DNA of 64,000 nucleotides from Candidatus Omnitrophota bacterium (GTDB lineage Bacteria; Omnitrophota; Omnitrophia; Omnitrophales; JACQQS01): NCBI GenBank assembly GCA_016206925.1, contig JACQQS010000062.1, positions 9,254 to 73,253 of the forward strand, read 5' to 3'. Shown piece by piece: positions 45,901 to 55,300 of this stretch (position 1 is its first letter; each line of letters starts with the position of its first letter). The notes under the pieces were generated by a model. It saw only the letters and a program-made list of their open reading frames with translations, ran no database searches and was not told where the DNA came from. The position numbers and the translations under genes were made by a program.

Positions 45901-47938
45901 TCGCGGATGTCCGCCCTTCATAAAGCTTCAAAGTTTCGCGAATGACTATGCGCAGATCTTCAACTTCTTGAGTAAAATCCTTTTGCCCGAATACACGTAG
46001 AAGTTCGCCATAATGAATTCCGACCGCATCCGGCCGTGCTTCCTGAAGTCGGGAAGATTTATAAGTGACGACGGATGCATTGAAATCCAGTCGGCTTACG
46101 TCGCCAAGGAGTCCGTCGATGCTATGGCGGGTGCCTCCCAATTTATGCGCTATGATCAGAACCACGTTTGAATCTGGATGCCAGCGCCAATTGACTTCAA
46201 TTGGGCCTACTGACCCCTGGATATGGCCCCATTGATCTACAAACACCGTAGGCGAATCACCATTAGCTCCGAAACCTTTTGCGATTGCCTTGGTTCTAGC
46301 GACGCCGGGAGCGGGGCCCAGAAAAACAGATTGTTCAATTTGCGGACTAACGTACAGCCATGACCCGGACCTTCTCAGCACGGGAACTCCGGATGTGGGC
46401 AGAAAAATACCGCGTGTAGTTCTGTCCCAAATTTGAATTACATCATCCCGCTGTGATTTATCCATGCCGGCGATAAATCCATTTCCGGCGCTTTGATAAA
46501 GATCGCGTACGGCCTCATTATTTCTCACTAAACTTGGCTGGATGTTAGAAAGAGGGATGACATGACTTGCCGCATACAGCGAACCAAACAATGATTTTGA
46601 TCGAACCATAACGTCACGGTATTGTTCGGCAGGGGTTTTAATTTCATCGGTGCGTAACGAGAATTTAGGTGTAATGCACAGATACGATATTCCTCTTTCC
46701 CGCAGTTGGTTTAGGACATTTTGGGTGTGATAACCTCCCATCACGGCTACGGCCCAATTTTTCTTTCTTCGCTTTAACTCATGCTCAATATTCTTGATCA
46801 GATAGCAATCTCTTGATTCTGCCAAATCGTAAAAGCGGATATACATCGGAATTTGATTTTGAAGAAGTTTCAGCGCCTCACGATTCTGTGGAGTCAGCTG
46901 CAAAGTATCTTCCCAGGGATTTCCGGTGGAATTCAATTCACGACCCAAAGTCAGAAACTTCACCTTTTCCCCGGGTGTTAATGTGAGCCGTAGCGCTTTT
47001 TCAAGATGGCGGAAGTAACGCCGCGCGGTCAAATAAACTTTCACCAGGTTGCGCTGATCGATGGTCTCGGCAATGCGGTTTTCTGCAATTTCGAGATCTG
47101 CAGGAAGGTCATTCAGTATTTGCTCGATAAAATTTTCCTCAAATCCGTCGAGCGGCAACTTTTGGTTCAGCACTTCGATGAGCTTTGGTAGAGTCCTCAG
47201 ATCGGACAGTGAAACGTCTGCGCGTTCGGCTTGTTCTGCAAGGTAACGTGCAAATGACAAGGGATAGTCCGGCCGGGAATAAAGTATTTCGGTGCGCTTT
47301 AAAAATGTTTTGAGTGCGGACACGAATAATTGATTTGCCGCGCGGTCAAATTCTTTGCGCACCTGCACGAGAATATTGAGATCATCTCTTTGCTGCTTGA
47401 TACACTGGTGATAGGCATGAAGATTTTCGACGTATAACCGTTCTTCATCGATTCCCACTAGTTGAATCATTTCGCGATGGGTCATGGCGGCGAATTCAGG
47501 GCCAGAGATGCTTCTTTGCCGCAAAAGGTCTTTCAGGACGCGGTCGCGCTTATGCTTGATCGGAAATTCTCTGAAATAATCAACAGCATATGAGCCTGGT
47601 GTGCCTTCGAGTAAAACAATATCGCCACTGCCGGTGACACTTTGTATGAGCTGTGCAATTCGCGTCTGCACATCTGTATTCACATGCACATCGCGCACCA
47701 GCACAATGAAGGAGTCCCCTTCACCCTCATGCGACTCTTCTATCGTGGCAAGCTCTTGAAGCTGTGAGAGCTTCTCTGTAAATTGATGGAGCAACGCGCG
47801 GGAGGAGCTCTCTATGGGAATGTGGCTGTCTGAGGATTGACCAAATGTTTCTGAGGAAGGCAGCACGCATAAATGCAATAAAATCAATATGAATGCTGCA
47901 AATTTGCGCCGGGCGCTGGCTCTTCTTTTAACACGCAT
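39917..47938 (-). CDS. giant secreted multidomain protein (~2673 aa): signal peptide, TraB/GumN/Tiki-like N-terminal module, hydrolase-like region, embedded UDP-glucose/GDP-mannose dehydrogenase-family domain, large uncharacterised C-terminal half
   Basis: Uninterrupted 8 kb ORF. The ORF track starts at a TTG (47989), but ATG at 47938 gives a classical signal peptide MRVKRRASARRKFAAFILILLHLCVLPSSETFG. Tiki/TraB-like motifs: IVLLEGTP, THREM, AVAVMGGYHTQNVLNQLRERGISY. UDP-sugar dehydrogenase motifs: ISVHVGAGHVAQ, ALVVIESTVQPGF, YSPQRLAPG, EFLKLLELSWFYDLLEILDGY, MCPGGSCTPE, VGVLGTGYKEGTGN. Confidence 0.8.
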   Translation of the reverse strand: MRVKRRASARRKFAAFILILLHLCVLPSSETFGQSSDSHIPIESSSRALLHQFTEKLSQLQELATIEESHEGEGDSFIVLVRDVHVNTDVQTRIAQLIQSVTGSGDIVLLEGTPGSYAVDYFREFPIKHKRDRVLKDLLRQRSISGPEFAAMTHREMIQLVGIDEERLYVENLHAYHQCIKQQRDDLNILVQVRKEFDRAANQLFVSALKTFLKRTEILYSRPDYPLSFARYLAEQAERADVSLSDLRTLPKLIEVLNQKLPLDGFEENFIEQILNDLPADLEIAENRIAETIDQRNLVKVYLTARRYFRHLEKALRLTLTPGEKVKFLTLGRELNSTGNPWEDTLQLTPQNREALKLLQNQIPMYIRFYDLAESRDCYLIKNIEHELKRRKKNWAVAVMGGYHTQNVLNQLRERGISYLCITPKFSLRTDEIKTPAEQYRDVMVRSKSLFGSLYAASHVIPLSNIQPSLVRNNEAVRDLYQSAGNGFIAGMDKSQRDDVIQIWDRTTRGIFLPTSGVPVLRRSGSWLYVSPQIEQSVFLGPAPGVARTKAIAKGFGANGDSPTVFVDQWGHIQGSVGPIEVNWRWHPDSNVVLIIAHKLGGTRHSIDGLLGDVSRLDFNASVVTYKSSRLQEARPDAVGIHYGELLRVFGQKDFTQEVEDLRIVIRETLKLYEGRTSAKPPKIILIGQEHGGQLLPIVASEPEFSNTRHLILIRTPVQPLNKVMRGLYGPQHPILNVPDDIGDRFAQFPGTTDVILWRGDESPGMRKSGSQWLNYAQSPQSVRIESIGNGTFANSTTVQFFQERLRELTDRMARGFGSDAPPISPETIRTDVEEAMLRWFNPGSDRSGEMELSRFLASRGELAIDTFVALIEADRSTKLGPYKIPEYRSLDQLPEAGTLTTAPKGRSFTLPFDAAEFEQMRINLMAEIVIQRALGREISVHVGAGHVAQANMALASEARAPLDQQEGNRFRGTISAQERPYFSIAYQRPTSRSGYAVHFINDGLLPHPTTDQEMIRNFRTARSDGVIAATFLPEVMAVADVVLVETELEMHAPPRGTFQQAHINTQPTAKLLETIGSLIRKDALVVIESTVQPGFVSKEALPAIDRVMRDRFPEAKEGGAPYVRLAYSPQRLAPGAEELRSLRDFRRESAAFSPAAREDLERYFKKIGFTYKVWNVSEDVEFLKLLELSWFYDLLEILDGYLKTAEVIGVDAFQIIEGIVRAHPRSRMGMRRAPSMCPGGSCTPEALLKIVVGLRTYFEMEDDQIFRIFQSRLLASSMLQERAKDVTWKLLNQFTGKMHVQFSEITVGVLGTGYKEGTGNTKHSGSEHVVREMAHFGGRVEATDPYTDFWPELALQQPRGASSQARGRLNQDDLNSIPFRKVENPLEFFHPKLDALVFATRHFEYVGSNQPVHKRREHPDAGTRRKTYPGLDPIKAVAHMMGLEDKIIVDTYDFFSDADYRIFLALDWRIETFGKGHIYNGSQPLFKQITANERIAHLTSLLKELGAMKSEPDLSRQDEIDQAIRTAGAKLAYWKAFANEGEKINNSRLRYEYDRQKATQNLLYATGRRRHTAELEKELADARLHQDAADSSIPKPTRSIKDIEDDLFSWQEDSKIKAEEFLQSKVLSPVVRSVSTTLRAQGKLAISLGETMSTIVSDVPASGVIGLTQGLATMQHGILGQTGASLEALFTSPHLDRVRSDIARDERTQQERPDLRISERSPRVPDWAKDRAHKLGFKGKFLVSHIYRRDHNGRMQRHTDPDDYSNRITVKWVGDMQESKRTIPDVWTKFSLEVPLHLVPVEDLQVELYEDFMRLPWELREWLTKEVWGQGKILSTVDGEAQTKLRYMMEVNLDPDTVAPGRGGMLFWMDSGEPVLIVSDMGAEFIVDLKSAGPFMGGRGENIRATGGRVVQGGAGDKNEAGQHVVTRVDLGALYPGHQAGGEGDVIHLLRLVGTDAYFNGAAPRALFRLRFRYPGNDTRFEIIGRASPTNQRIGHIFKGGGEDFDPGSAAQQMGWNAAEILTHHIANVHIALNPDNTLATGYYTDAGSNIDLFNERDPLKSFKKYFGYYLQLVAYDFNQAREFGKDSYEAPIPELDFLQDWLSAFFDHLLESRYVANSDLLRELFQPLREIDRGAGPDRFRYKDHTDPIQILSHVIDDLSDVLWKHYLPYQLLRNRLDMGYDATRESIYSTTSGDVYNPDSGEAAERFVQAQVELIDIAEELINKEGYPPLNQWGEPFDFREARRMLEQKRSDIRTLSQFQFPTPARYAGIYQIPFYSPPRPEVFTVVDINTTSQATRMQFRVAPIRSNNLISKAPAAWLRDVEPAVRRIHQFAAISRLKIEGDFKIAPLIGAYFDAWGRLGETTADLFALNKPWDVVLQIHQDFLNAGARGGELGRLRAVDFKESFALQEKYYARLGLEGEEIFIEASVDGDKQFRFVDNEIFTAALNKHSGSFDTDAGTTDGTGFGSELSQTLKLVAGSNPLIIRERGQEAMDAVSVELGEILLPGTAGKKVGSLIIDDSLFLNQILEAGKSARRTVNFVFHLDGFKQIYLIGLPELSQNQREIVAGVFGVPLDDIVIVTDDPDAFSLANHYNDPIVAALSGRHENVLGTLQAYALLHPNTVLLLAGENFPMAGVEQMKRIGIRVLSTTNVLEMISDAIEMVEVFAKAA

Positions 47939-48267
47939 AAGCTCTCTAACCTCAGAGAAATTAGCTAGAATCTGCGCCCTTTTACGCAATATCTAATAAA
48001 CTTGAGACATTATAGGGAATATACTTACACATGTAAACATATTTCTAGAACTATTTAAAGTTCTAAAGATGAATCCCATATAAGTTGCAATCTATTTAAG
48101 TATCGTAACTTGAGGTAATATCGGGTTACATTGTCACCGAGCTCACCCGCCAGGAATCTTTTTGTTGACGCTTTATAGGAAATTATGTAATCTAAGCGCA
48201 ACGTTCAAAGGTTCCTGACGCCAGAATTGCGGGGCCCGCAGGCAAATAGTTTAAAAGGACCTGGATA

Positions 48268-49320
48268 ATGCCGACGACTCTTAAAGACATTGCGAAAAAA
48301 ATAAATGTCTCTTATTCAACCGTATCGCGCGCTATCAACCCCGATACAGCGCGACTCGTCAATCCGCGAACCCGCAAGCGCGTCTTGGAAGCTGTAAAAA
48401 AATATGGATATGTGACGAACCATTCGGCTGCCATGCTCAGGCGCCAAATTGCGCAGGCTCCGATTATAGGTTTTACATCTGATCAATTTCCTCATTTTCT
48501 TTGCGGTGAATACCCCGTCAAAGTTTTTAGCGGTGTTATCGCTGAAGCAGAAAAACAAGGCTGCGATATCGAGCTCTTTCCGGTTCTGCAGGGAAATTCG
48601 ATCGAACTTTCCCGTCAGCTTCAACTGAAACGGAATTTAGACGGCGTGGTAATTTACGGCCACGAATCCCGGCCTGAATTTGCTAAAGCTTTAGCCGAGC
48701 TCCAGATTCCCACCGTAGCTATAGGTAATTGCCAAGGCCAGTCCTCGTATCACTTTTACGTTTACTGCGATGGCCGCATTGGCGCTCAAGCGGCCGTTGA
48801 ACATTTACTCAGGTTGGGCCGCAGACGGATCGCGATTATTCTGGGCAGTGTGGGAAGCATTGATGCCGAGCTGCGGTTTGAAGGTTATCGATTAGCGCTA
48901 AAGAAGAGCGGCATTCCGGTTGAAAAGGAATTGGTCTTCCAGGGCGGATTTAATCGTGCGAGCGGATTCGAGCAGGGCCAAAAAATTTTAAGCAGCAAGC
49001 CATATCCGGATGCAATTTTTTGTTCGAATGATGATATGGCGATTGGCTTGCTCAGAGCGATGGATGAGTCTGGAATCCGCTGTCCGGAAGACATTGCCGT
49101 CGTTGGGTTTGACGATATTGAGCAAGCGCAGTATACAATTCCCCCGCTTACGACAATTACGCAGTCCGCTGACCGGCTTGGTCAAAGTGCGGTAGCACTT
49201 CTTTTGCAACACATCCGGAATCCCGAGCAGGAATTGAACCCCATTGAGATTCCTACCCATCTGATTGTCAGGCAGTCCTGCGGAGCTTATCTCCGAGCAC
49301 CCGCGTATTCCGCAGCTTAA
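48268..49320 (+). CDS. LacI-family transcriptional regulator
   Basis: N-terminal HTH MPTTLKDIAKKINVSYSTVSRAIN. Periplasmic-binding-protein-like sugar-binding core. RBS AAAGGA 8 nt upstream of the ATG. 350 aa. Confidence 0.85.
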   Translation: MPTTLKDIAKKINVSYSTVSRAINPDTARLVNPRTRKRVLEAVKKYGYVTNHSAAMLRRQIAQAPIIGFTSDQFPHFLCGEYPVKVFSGVIAEAEKQGCDIELFPVLQGNSIELSRQLQLKRNLDGVVIYGHESRPEFAKALAELQIPTVAIGNCQGQSSYHFYVYCDGRIGAQAAVEHLLRLGRRRIAIILGSVGSIDAELRFEGYRLALKKSGIPVEKELVFQGGFNRASGFEQGQKILSSKPYPDAIFCSNDDMAIGLLRAMDESGIRCPEDIAVVGFDDIEQAQYTIPPLTTITQSADRLGQSAVALLLQHIRNPEQELNPIEIPTHLIVRQSCGAYLRAPAYSAA

Positions 49321-49565
49321 TATTTTCCCGCCAAACCTTTAGATTAAGGAAGCTCAGTATTTTCCGGCTCATCACCAATTCCGGTCGCAAATTTATGTGG
49401 TATTTACGCTTGCCCCCGCGCTTAGACGTTATAAGTACTCCAATCAAGCTTTTTAGCTAACTTCTGCCCCACTTTTTTCTATATCTGCCTGTCAAAAGCA
49501 ACTTGCAAAGGCTCAGAAATAGTATTACTATTTGTGTATCTTATGAAAAAATAGTAAGGATATTT

Positions 49566-50885
49566 ATGCACCCTATAATACATCGCGACCTTTTGGAAAA
49601 GATTGAATCATACATTCAACGAAAGGAGTTCATAGCGATTGTTGGTCCCAGGCAGGCCGGCAAAACAACATTCATAGATATCTTGGGTGCTCACATAAGT
49701 AAAATAGCTTCCGTTCATAAGCGCGCCATTCAAAAAGTTACCTTTGAAGACCGGCGCCTGCTTCAGCAATTCGAAAAAGACCCGGTCTTGTTTACACGCT
49801 CGCTTTTTGATCCATCTATTCCCGCCGGCGGCAAAAAATATTTATTCATTGACGAATTTCAATATGCCCGGCAAGGCGGACAAAAATTAAAACTTCTTTA
49901 TGACACCGAAAGCTCGATCAAGATTTTCGTGACCGGCTCTTCTTCGTTGGATCTGAGAGCGCAAGTAGGAAAATTTATGGTGGGAAGAATATTCACTTTT
50001 CACCTTTATCCGTTCAGTTTTCATGAGTACTTGAGAGCCAAAGATTCCAGACTCGCCGGTTTATACGAAGAAAAGAATAACCAGCTTTTGCGCTGGCTGC
50101 GCGGCACGAAAGCCAAAGAATCACCGCACAGAGGACAGGATGCATTCGCCGGTGAAATCAATGGCCATTACGAAGACTATTGCACGTGGGGCGGTTATCC
50201 CGAGGTGGTATTGACCACAGCGGTTGATGAACGCCGCAAAGTGATTGCAAGTATTCTCAACAATTACATACTGAAAGACATTAAAGGACTTCTAGAGCTT
50301 GCTACGGACAGAAACCTCCTGCTTCTGGCGCAGTATCTCGCGACACACATCGGCCGTCTTGTAACCTACCAAAATCTGGGTCAAGCCTGCGGTTTAAACT
50401 ACCGATCTCTAAAAAAACATATGCAGGTGCTGTGCGAAACCTATGTTGCGCGGGAGATCCGGCCTTTCTTTCGGAATCGGCAGAAGGAACTTTCCAAGAA
50501 TCCAAAAATTTATTTCCTGGATATGGGCTTTCGAAATGGTCTGATGGAAAATATGAGCGGTTTCGAAAATCGTCCGGATTTAGGCGCGATTGTAGAAAAC
50601 GCCGTATGGATAAAGCTCATCGATATCCTAGAAGATGCGGGAAAGATTAATTTTTGGAGAACAAAAGCCGGTGCGGAAGTAGATTTTGTAATAGAACGGG
50701 AAGGAAAGATTACTCCGGTAGAGGTGAAATTTTCCTCTTTTCCGGAAGCAAGAGTTCCGCGCAGCTTTGTGAATTTTGTCGACGCGTTTCGTCCAGAGAG
50801 AGGCCTCATACTGACAAAAGATTTCTGGGGAATAACCAGGAAAAATGGCTGCCGGATATTATTTGCGCCTGCCTGCTATCTTTAA
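49566..50885 (+). CDS. AAA_14 / DUF4143-type ATPase (COG1373-like)
   Basis: Walker A FIAIVGPRQAGKTTFIDIL. Walker B LFIDEFQY. C-terminal DUF4143-like region. The ATG at 49566 (MHPIIHRDLL) is preferred over the ORF-track start. Confidence 0.75.
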   Translation: MHPIIHRDLLEKIESYIQRKEFIAIVGPRQAGKTTFIDILGAHISKIASVHKRAIQKVTFEDRRLLQQFEKDPVLFTRSLFDPSIPAGGKKYLFIDEFQYARQGGQKLKLLYDTESSIKIFVTGSSSLDLRAQVGKFMVGRIFTFHLYPFSFHEYLRAKDSRLAGLYEEKNNQLLRWLRGTKAKESPHRGQDAFAGEINGHYEDYCTWGGYPEVVLTTAVDERRKVIASILNNYILKDIKGLLELATDRNLLLLAQYLATHIGRLVTYQNLGQACGLNYRSLKKHMQVLCETYVAREIRPFFRNRQKELSKNPKIYFLDMGFRNGLMENMSGFENRPDLGAIVENAVWIKLIDILEDAGKINFWRTKAGAEVDFVIEREGKITPVEVKFSSFPEARVPRSFVNFVDAFRPERGLILTKDFWGITRKNGCRILFAPACYL

Positions 50886-50956
50886 AGCCGGTGGGCAACG
50901 GCGGCATCCACTTGAATTATGCCGCTTACATTGGACTCAAATGCCGCGGCTTGAAC

Positions 50957-52231
50957 TTAAAAATGTAGAAGCCACTTCCACAGCGGTACTAGCTTGATGG
51001 ATTTCCGCGTTTCCTCAGCGTCCTTGGTGATCAATACAAGTTCCCGCACGCGGCTAAATTTTTCCTTAAATTCAAGCAAGCCGTCAATTTCTCTATCATT
51101 CACCGTAACGCCAAATGTCACATTGATCGCGGCCAGGCCGTTCTTTCTCTGCACAATAAAGTCAACTTCCCTTTTGCCGTGCCAGTAATAGACTGGATCG
51201 CCTGCTCTGATGATTGTTGCACCCACCACATTTTCTGCCGCCCTACCTTCATCCTTTGAAAAACGAAAGATCGTTCGGTTGCGAATGCCTGTATCAAGGC
51301 AAATGATTTTCTGCGGGTTTACGCGCTGTTCTTTAAGTGACCAGGCAAACTTGGGCAGCAAAGTGATGTAGTTTGTGTCCTGAATGCTGCGTAGATAATG
51401 CAAAACGGTCTGGCGCGATACACGGAACGACTGCTTCGCACTCTTGTAATATGAATTAATGGAGAATAAGGTTGTATTATTTGCGAAAAGATACTTAAGC
51501 AAATCCTTGAGCAGAGTCATATTTTTAATACGATATCGCTCGGCAAGGTCTCTAAACACAAGGGATTCAAAATATTCCTCAAGAATCTTGTCCTTAATCT
51601 GGCCGTTTTCTTCGAGCACAATTTCGGGAAATCCCCCGTGCTCCAAATATTCCTCCAATGCCTTTTTTATGTCAAACCGCTGCGCGTCGTACTCAAAGTC
51701 TTTAGCAAGCGTAATGCCGCGAAATCCAAGAAACTCGCGGAAGCTTAGAGGATAAAGCGCAAAGCTGATAGTCCTGCCACGCAAAGAAGTTGCTATTTCT
51801 TTGGACAATAGCTTTGAAGAAGAACCCGTTAAGAAAATCCTGGCCTTTTCTTTGTCGTGGATTCTGCGTACAAAGATTTCCCAGTCTTTTATGTTCTGGA
51901 TCTCGTCCAGAAAAAAGTAGGTCTCTTGATTTTTGACATGAGGATATAGTTCGAAATAAGCCTCCAGAAGAGCATCGAAGTCGCCGGCTTTTAAGGGCAG
52001 GATGCGATCATCTTCGAAGTTGATATAGAGTAAGCGCTCGTTGGCAATTCCGGCATTTGCCAACTTTCTCATTATCGTGAAGAAATAATAACTTTTGCCG
52101 CTTCTGCGCGGACCGTAGACGGTGATTATCTTTCGCGAGGAAAGAGGAATATCTAAATCTCTGGGGCGGGTTTCAGGAAGGGGTTGTCGATGAAATTCGC
52201 GGATTAAAAACTTAAATTGGTCTTTCTTCAT
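50957..52231 (-). CDS. AAA_14 / DUF4143-type ATPase, second divergent paralog, convergent with the first
   Basis: Walker A IITVYGPRRSGKSYYFFTIM. Walker B FFLDEIQNI. 424 aa. Confidence 0.75.
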   Translation of the reverse strand: MKKDQFKFLIREFHRQPLPETRPRDLDIPLSSRKIITVYGPRRSGKSYYFFTIMRKLANAGIANERLLYINFEDDRILPLKAGDFDALLEAYFELYPHVKNQETYFFLDEIQNIKDWEIFVRRIHDKEKARIFLTGSSSKLLSKEIATSLRGRTISFALYPLSFREFLGFRGITLAKDFEYDAQRFDIKKALEEYLEHGGFPEIVLEENGQIKDKILEEYFESLVFRDLAERYRIKNMTLLKDLLKYLFANNTTLFSINSYYKSAKQSFRVSRQTVLHYLRSIQDTNYITLLPKFAWSLKEQRVNPQKIICLDTGIRNRTIFRFSKDEGRAAENVVGATIIRAGDPVYYWHGKREVDFIVQRKNGLAAINVTFGVTVNDREIDGLLEFKEKFSRVRELVLITKDAEETRKSIKLVPLWKWLLHF

Positions 52232-52343
52232 CCATTACAATCCTTGTTCCAGCGCGTCCGGCAGGTTTGGACGTATGATATAGCTGTCTTCTCAAGAAGT
52301 CAACTATGACGTATTTCTTGTCTTCTCGGAAAGACAACTTGAA

Positions 52344-55300
52344 TTATGCCGCGCGGGCGATGGCTTCGTATTTCTTTGCCTCATCGATGAAGTGGCTGAG
52401 GATTGCGGTCACCGTGGCGCTGTTAAATACGTACGCACGCGTGCCCGCAACACGGTATGCGGCAACCCGGCCGAGTTCGCCGGACAGCAAGTCAAATGCG
52501 AGCAAGCGCCCAAACTGCATTCCGAGCGCGCGAATCGTGGCCAGACGCTCGGCGCTGACCTTCGATTCAATGTCACCAATGTCAACGAGCACCTGCACGA
52601 CTTTTTCTTCCAGTTCAGCAGATCCGTAGCTCGAGAGAATGTTGCTGCTTACGACAATGCGGTCTGCATTGTTCCAACCAGTTCTCGTTGAAGCCGGTGT
52701 GGTTTCCGTTGTAATCTCTACAAATTCACTGAACGGTTCAGGCAATGCGATATTGGCCGGCGCATTGTAAACCGTTACACGGTGCGTTGGCAGCTGGGTT
52801 CCGAAGTAGTTCTGCCAGAATGAGCTATCGCCTAATTGGTCAGCGGTAATTAATCCCGAATTGAAATCAACGGCATGAACGACCTTCCCATGAATTGCAC
52901 CAATCGACTGTATCGGCTGGGCGGCGAGTAATGAAACCAGCGCGTCCGCAAGTTTTTGCTCTTCGGGCGCAATGGAGCGGCGAGAATCAGCCAAAACGCT
53001 TGTTTGAAACGCCAGATCTTTACCGGCCGCCGCATTTGCCCACTTGCCCATCCAAGATTCGGCTTCATTAAATATTTGGTCGAGATTCGGCTGCGGCTTG
53101 GGTGCGGGTGCGGCAATTCCAAATCCGGATTCAGGGCCCTTAAACTCCGGCATATTTAATTCGATTCCGTTTCGATCGGAAGTTTTGCTGTAAGGGATTG
53201 AAAAATAGGTCTGTTTCGTAACCGCATCCGATACGACCAAAGTATCCTCGTGCAGATTGGCAGTTATTTCTCCGGCTGCAACTTTGTTTAAATCAATCCC
53301 TTCCAAGATTTGGATAAACGGCTGGACGAATTCTCCGAAATCGATTGAAAGTCCTACAAAATTGATTTTATTTCGCTCGTGGAGACCGAGCAAAAGAATC
53401 AGCCATTTGGCGGCGTTTTCTGGCCCGGTAGTGCCCCGCTCGGCAATGTTCCTGAATAGCATAATAAATTTTTGGAAGGCGACGTTTCGAAGCGCCGTTT
53501 TTATGTCGGGACGATAGACTAACTCAGTGAAAATATGCGGTACGCGACTGCTCAAAGCCGGAGCGCTGAGGATATCCGGTGTGAATGGATATTCCAGCTT
53601 CTCGTCGTGGAACAACGCGTTCAGCCTGATGAATGACCAATGTCTCTGCAAAGCGCTGAGCGAATGAGCATCGCTCAGAATTTCAACGTTCTGAAGGTGC
53701 GTGTTCCTGAGTCTTCCGGCGCCGACGGAAGCAGGATCGATAATGCCCGCAACAATGCTCATGGTGCGCAGGAATTTTGAAACATCAATCCCCTGCCGCC
53801 TCAATCCCCTTGCAACGTTTGCGGGAATAGTTTCTCCCCAATGGAGCGATCCAAATTCAAGTTCCCGCCCTGTATACTCGATAAGCTGATCCATGTCCTG
53901 CGGCGAAAACGGTTGTATACCTTCGGCGCTGAGTTGTGTAGAAAACGAATCAAGGTGTTCCAACAGATTGTTTACAAGCCGCGCGCCGATCTGAGCATGT
54001 TGCGGTCCGTTGGTAACCAGCCGACCGTAATCATGAAGCACGACGGCATGCCACAAAATCCGCCGCTCGGATGTCGATAGATTCTGATATTGCGCGACAA
54101 TTTTCTGAATTAGGTCGAGATCAAGAGGTTCAAGGGCGCGCTCATGAAGAGCTCTTGCGGCAATATCACCTCCCTGTTCGAGTGCGTCAACAAGAGCAAT
54201 CATAGCATCGTGATGTGATTTCATTTTTGCGGTTGTGCCATCAGCTGCTTTCCACGCTTCGCCTGTGATAGGAACAAGCGCCTCCCAATCGAATATTCCA
54301 AGATATTTGTCGTAAACAGCTTTAAGCTCACTGGGCGACTTTGCCGTTTGCGCTGCCTTGTAGAATTGCTTAACTTTTTCGAATGTGATTGTCTTATGCA
54401 AGCCTTTTTGTTTTTCTTCCAGTTTTAACTGTAATTCCGCATTGCTCGCGTATCCTCCGTGGTAAAATTCGGCGATTTGAGCGGGCGACGCGAGGCGTTC
54501 AAAAGCGTCTTGGACGTTCCCGCTGATTTCTACGTCCACTAAGAACCCCCTTCCTTTTGGTCCGTACGCTTTGAGTCTGACAATCGATCCTGTAGCAAGG
54601 ACAATCGCCTCATCCAACTCCTGCCGACTCAGATCCTCTAGCTTGGCTAACGGCGGGGCATAATTGTATACATTCGGTTCCTGACCTCTGTAATGGATCA
54701 TGAACTGCTTTTGGAAAGTTGCCGAAGCAACCTTTTGACCAAGAGGGAATTGTATCAAAATAATGCTTGCAATCTTGTCATGCAGCGTCTTGTCATTCAG
54801 TAATTGTGCGGCGTTTTGGATATTCGCACCGGTATTGGTAGATCTGTTTTCAACTAAAATAATGTCCTCGCCTAGTTTGTTTTTATCCTGTATTCCAAGC
54901 GCGATGAGTACTTCGCGGAATAGATCCGCTTCTTTCTTAATGTGCTTTCTACCGCGAAACCATCCTTTTAACATTTGTCGTGCGACCTGTACGTTGATAC
55001 CGGCATCGACAAGCAGTTTAACACCCCTTTTGTAAGCGGCGGCATTAGGAAAACCTGTTAAACGCCCTGCTCCGCCTGCGACTAGGATTCTCTTCGCCTT
55101 TCCTTCCTTAAAGAGTCTGGCGGTCTCGATGGGAACACGCATATCGTAGCTGCCTAAAGCCAAGATCAAGTCAGCTTTTTCAGGTAACTGGTCTCGCTGC
55201 GCTAAAAAGGTGGCCAGCGTGTTCAAGTCATTTAAGCGGGCCCCGAAACCTAAATGGAAATTTGCCACTGGATTCAGCGACTCATCTCCAATAAGTTGTC

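Noticed and set aside
40380-45923. Numerous 60-140 aa plus-strand ORFs inside giant gene 1 (and similarly 52392-62660 inside giant gene 2)
   Set aside because: All lie antisense to very long uninterrupted frames and have biased, Ser/Pro/Arg-rich translations. Shadow ORFs expected by chance in an 8-12 kb GC-balanced coding region.
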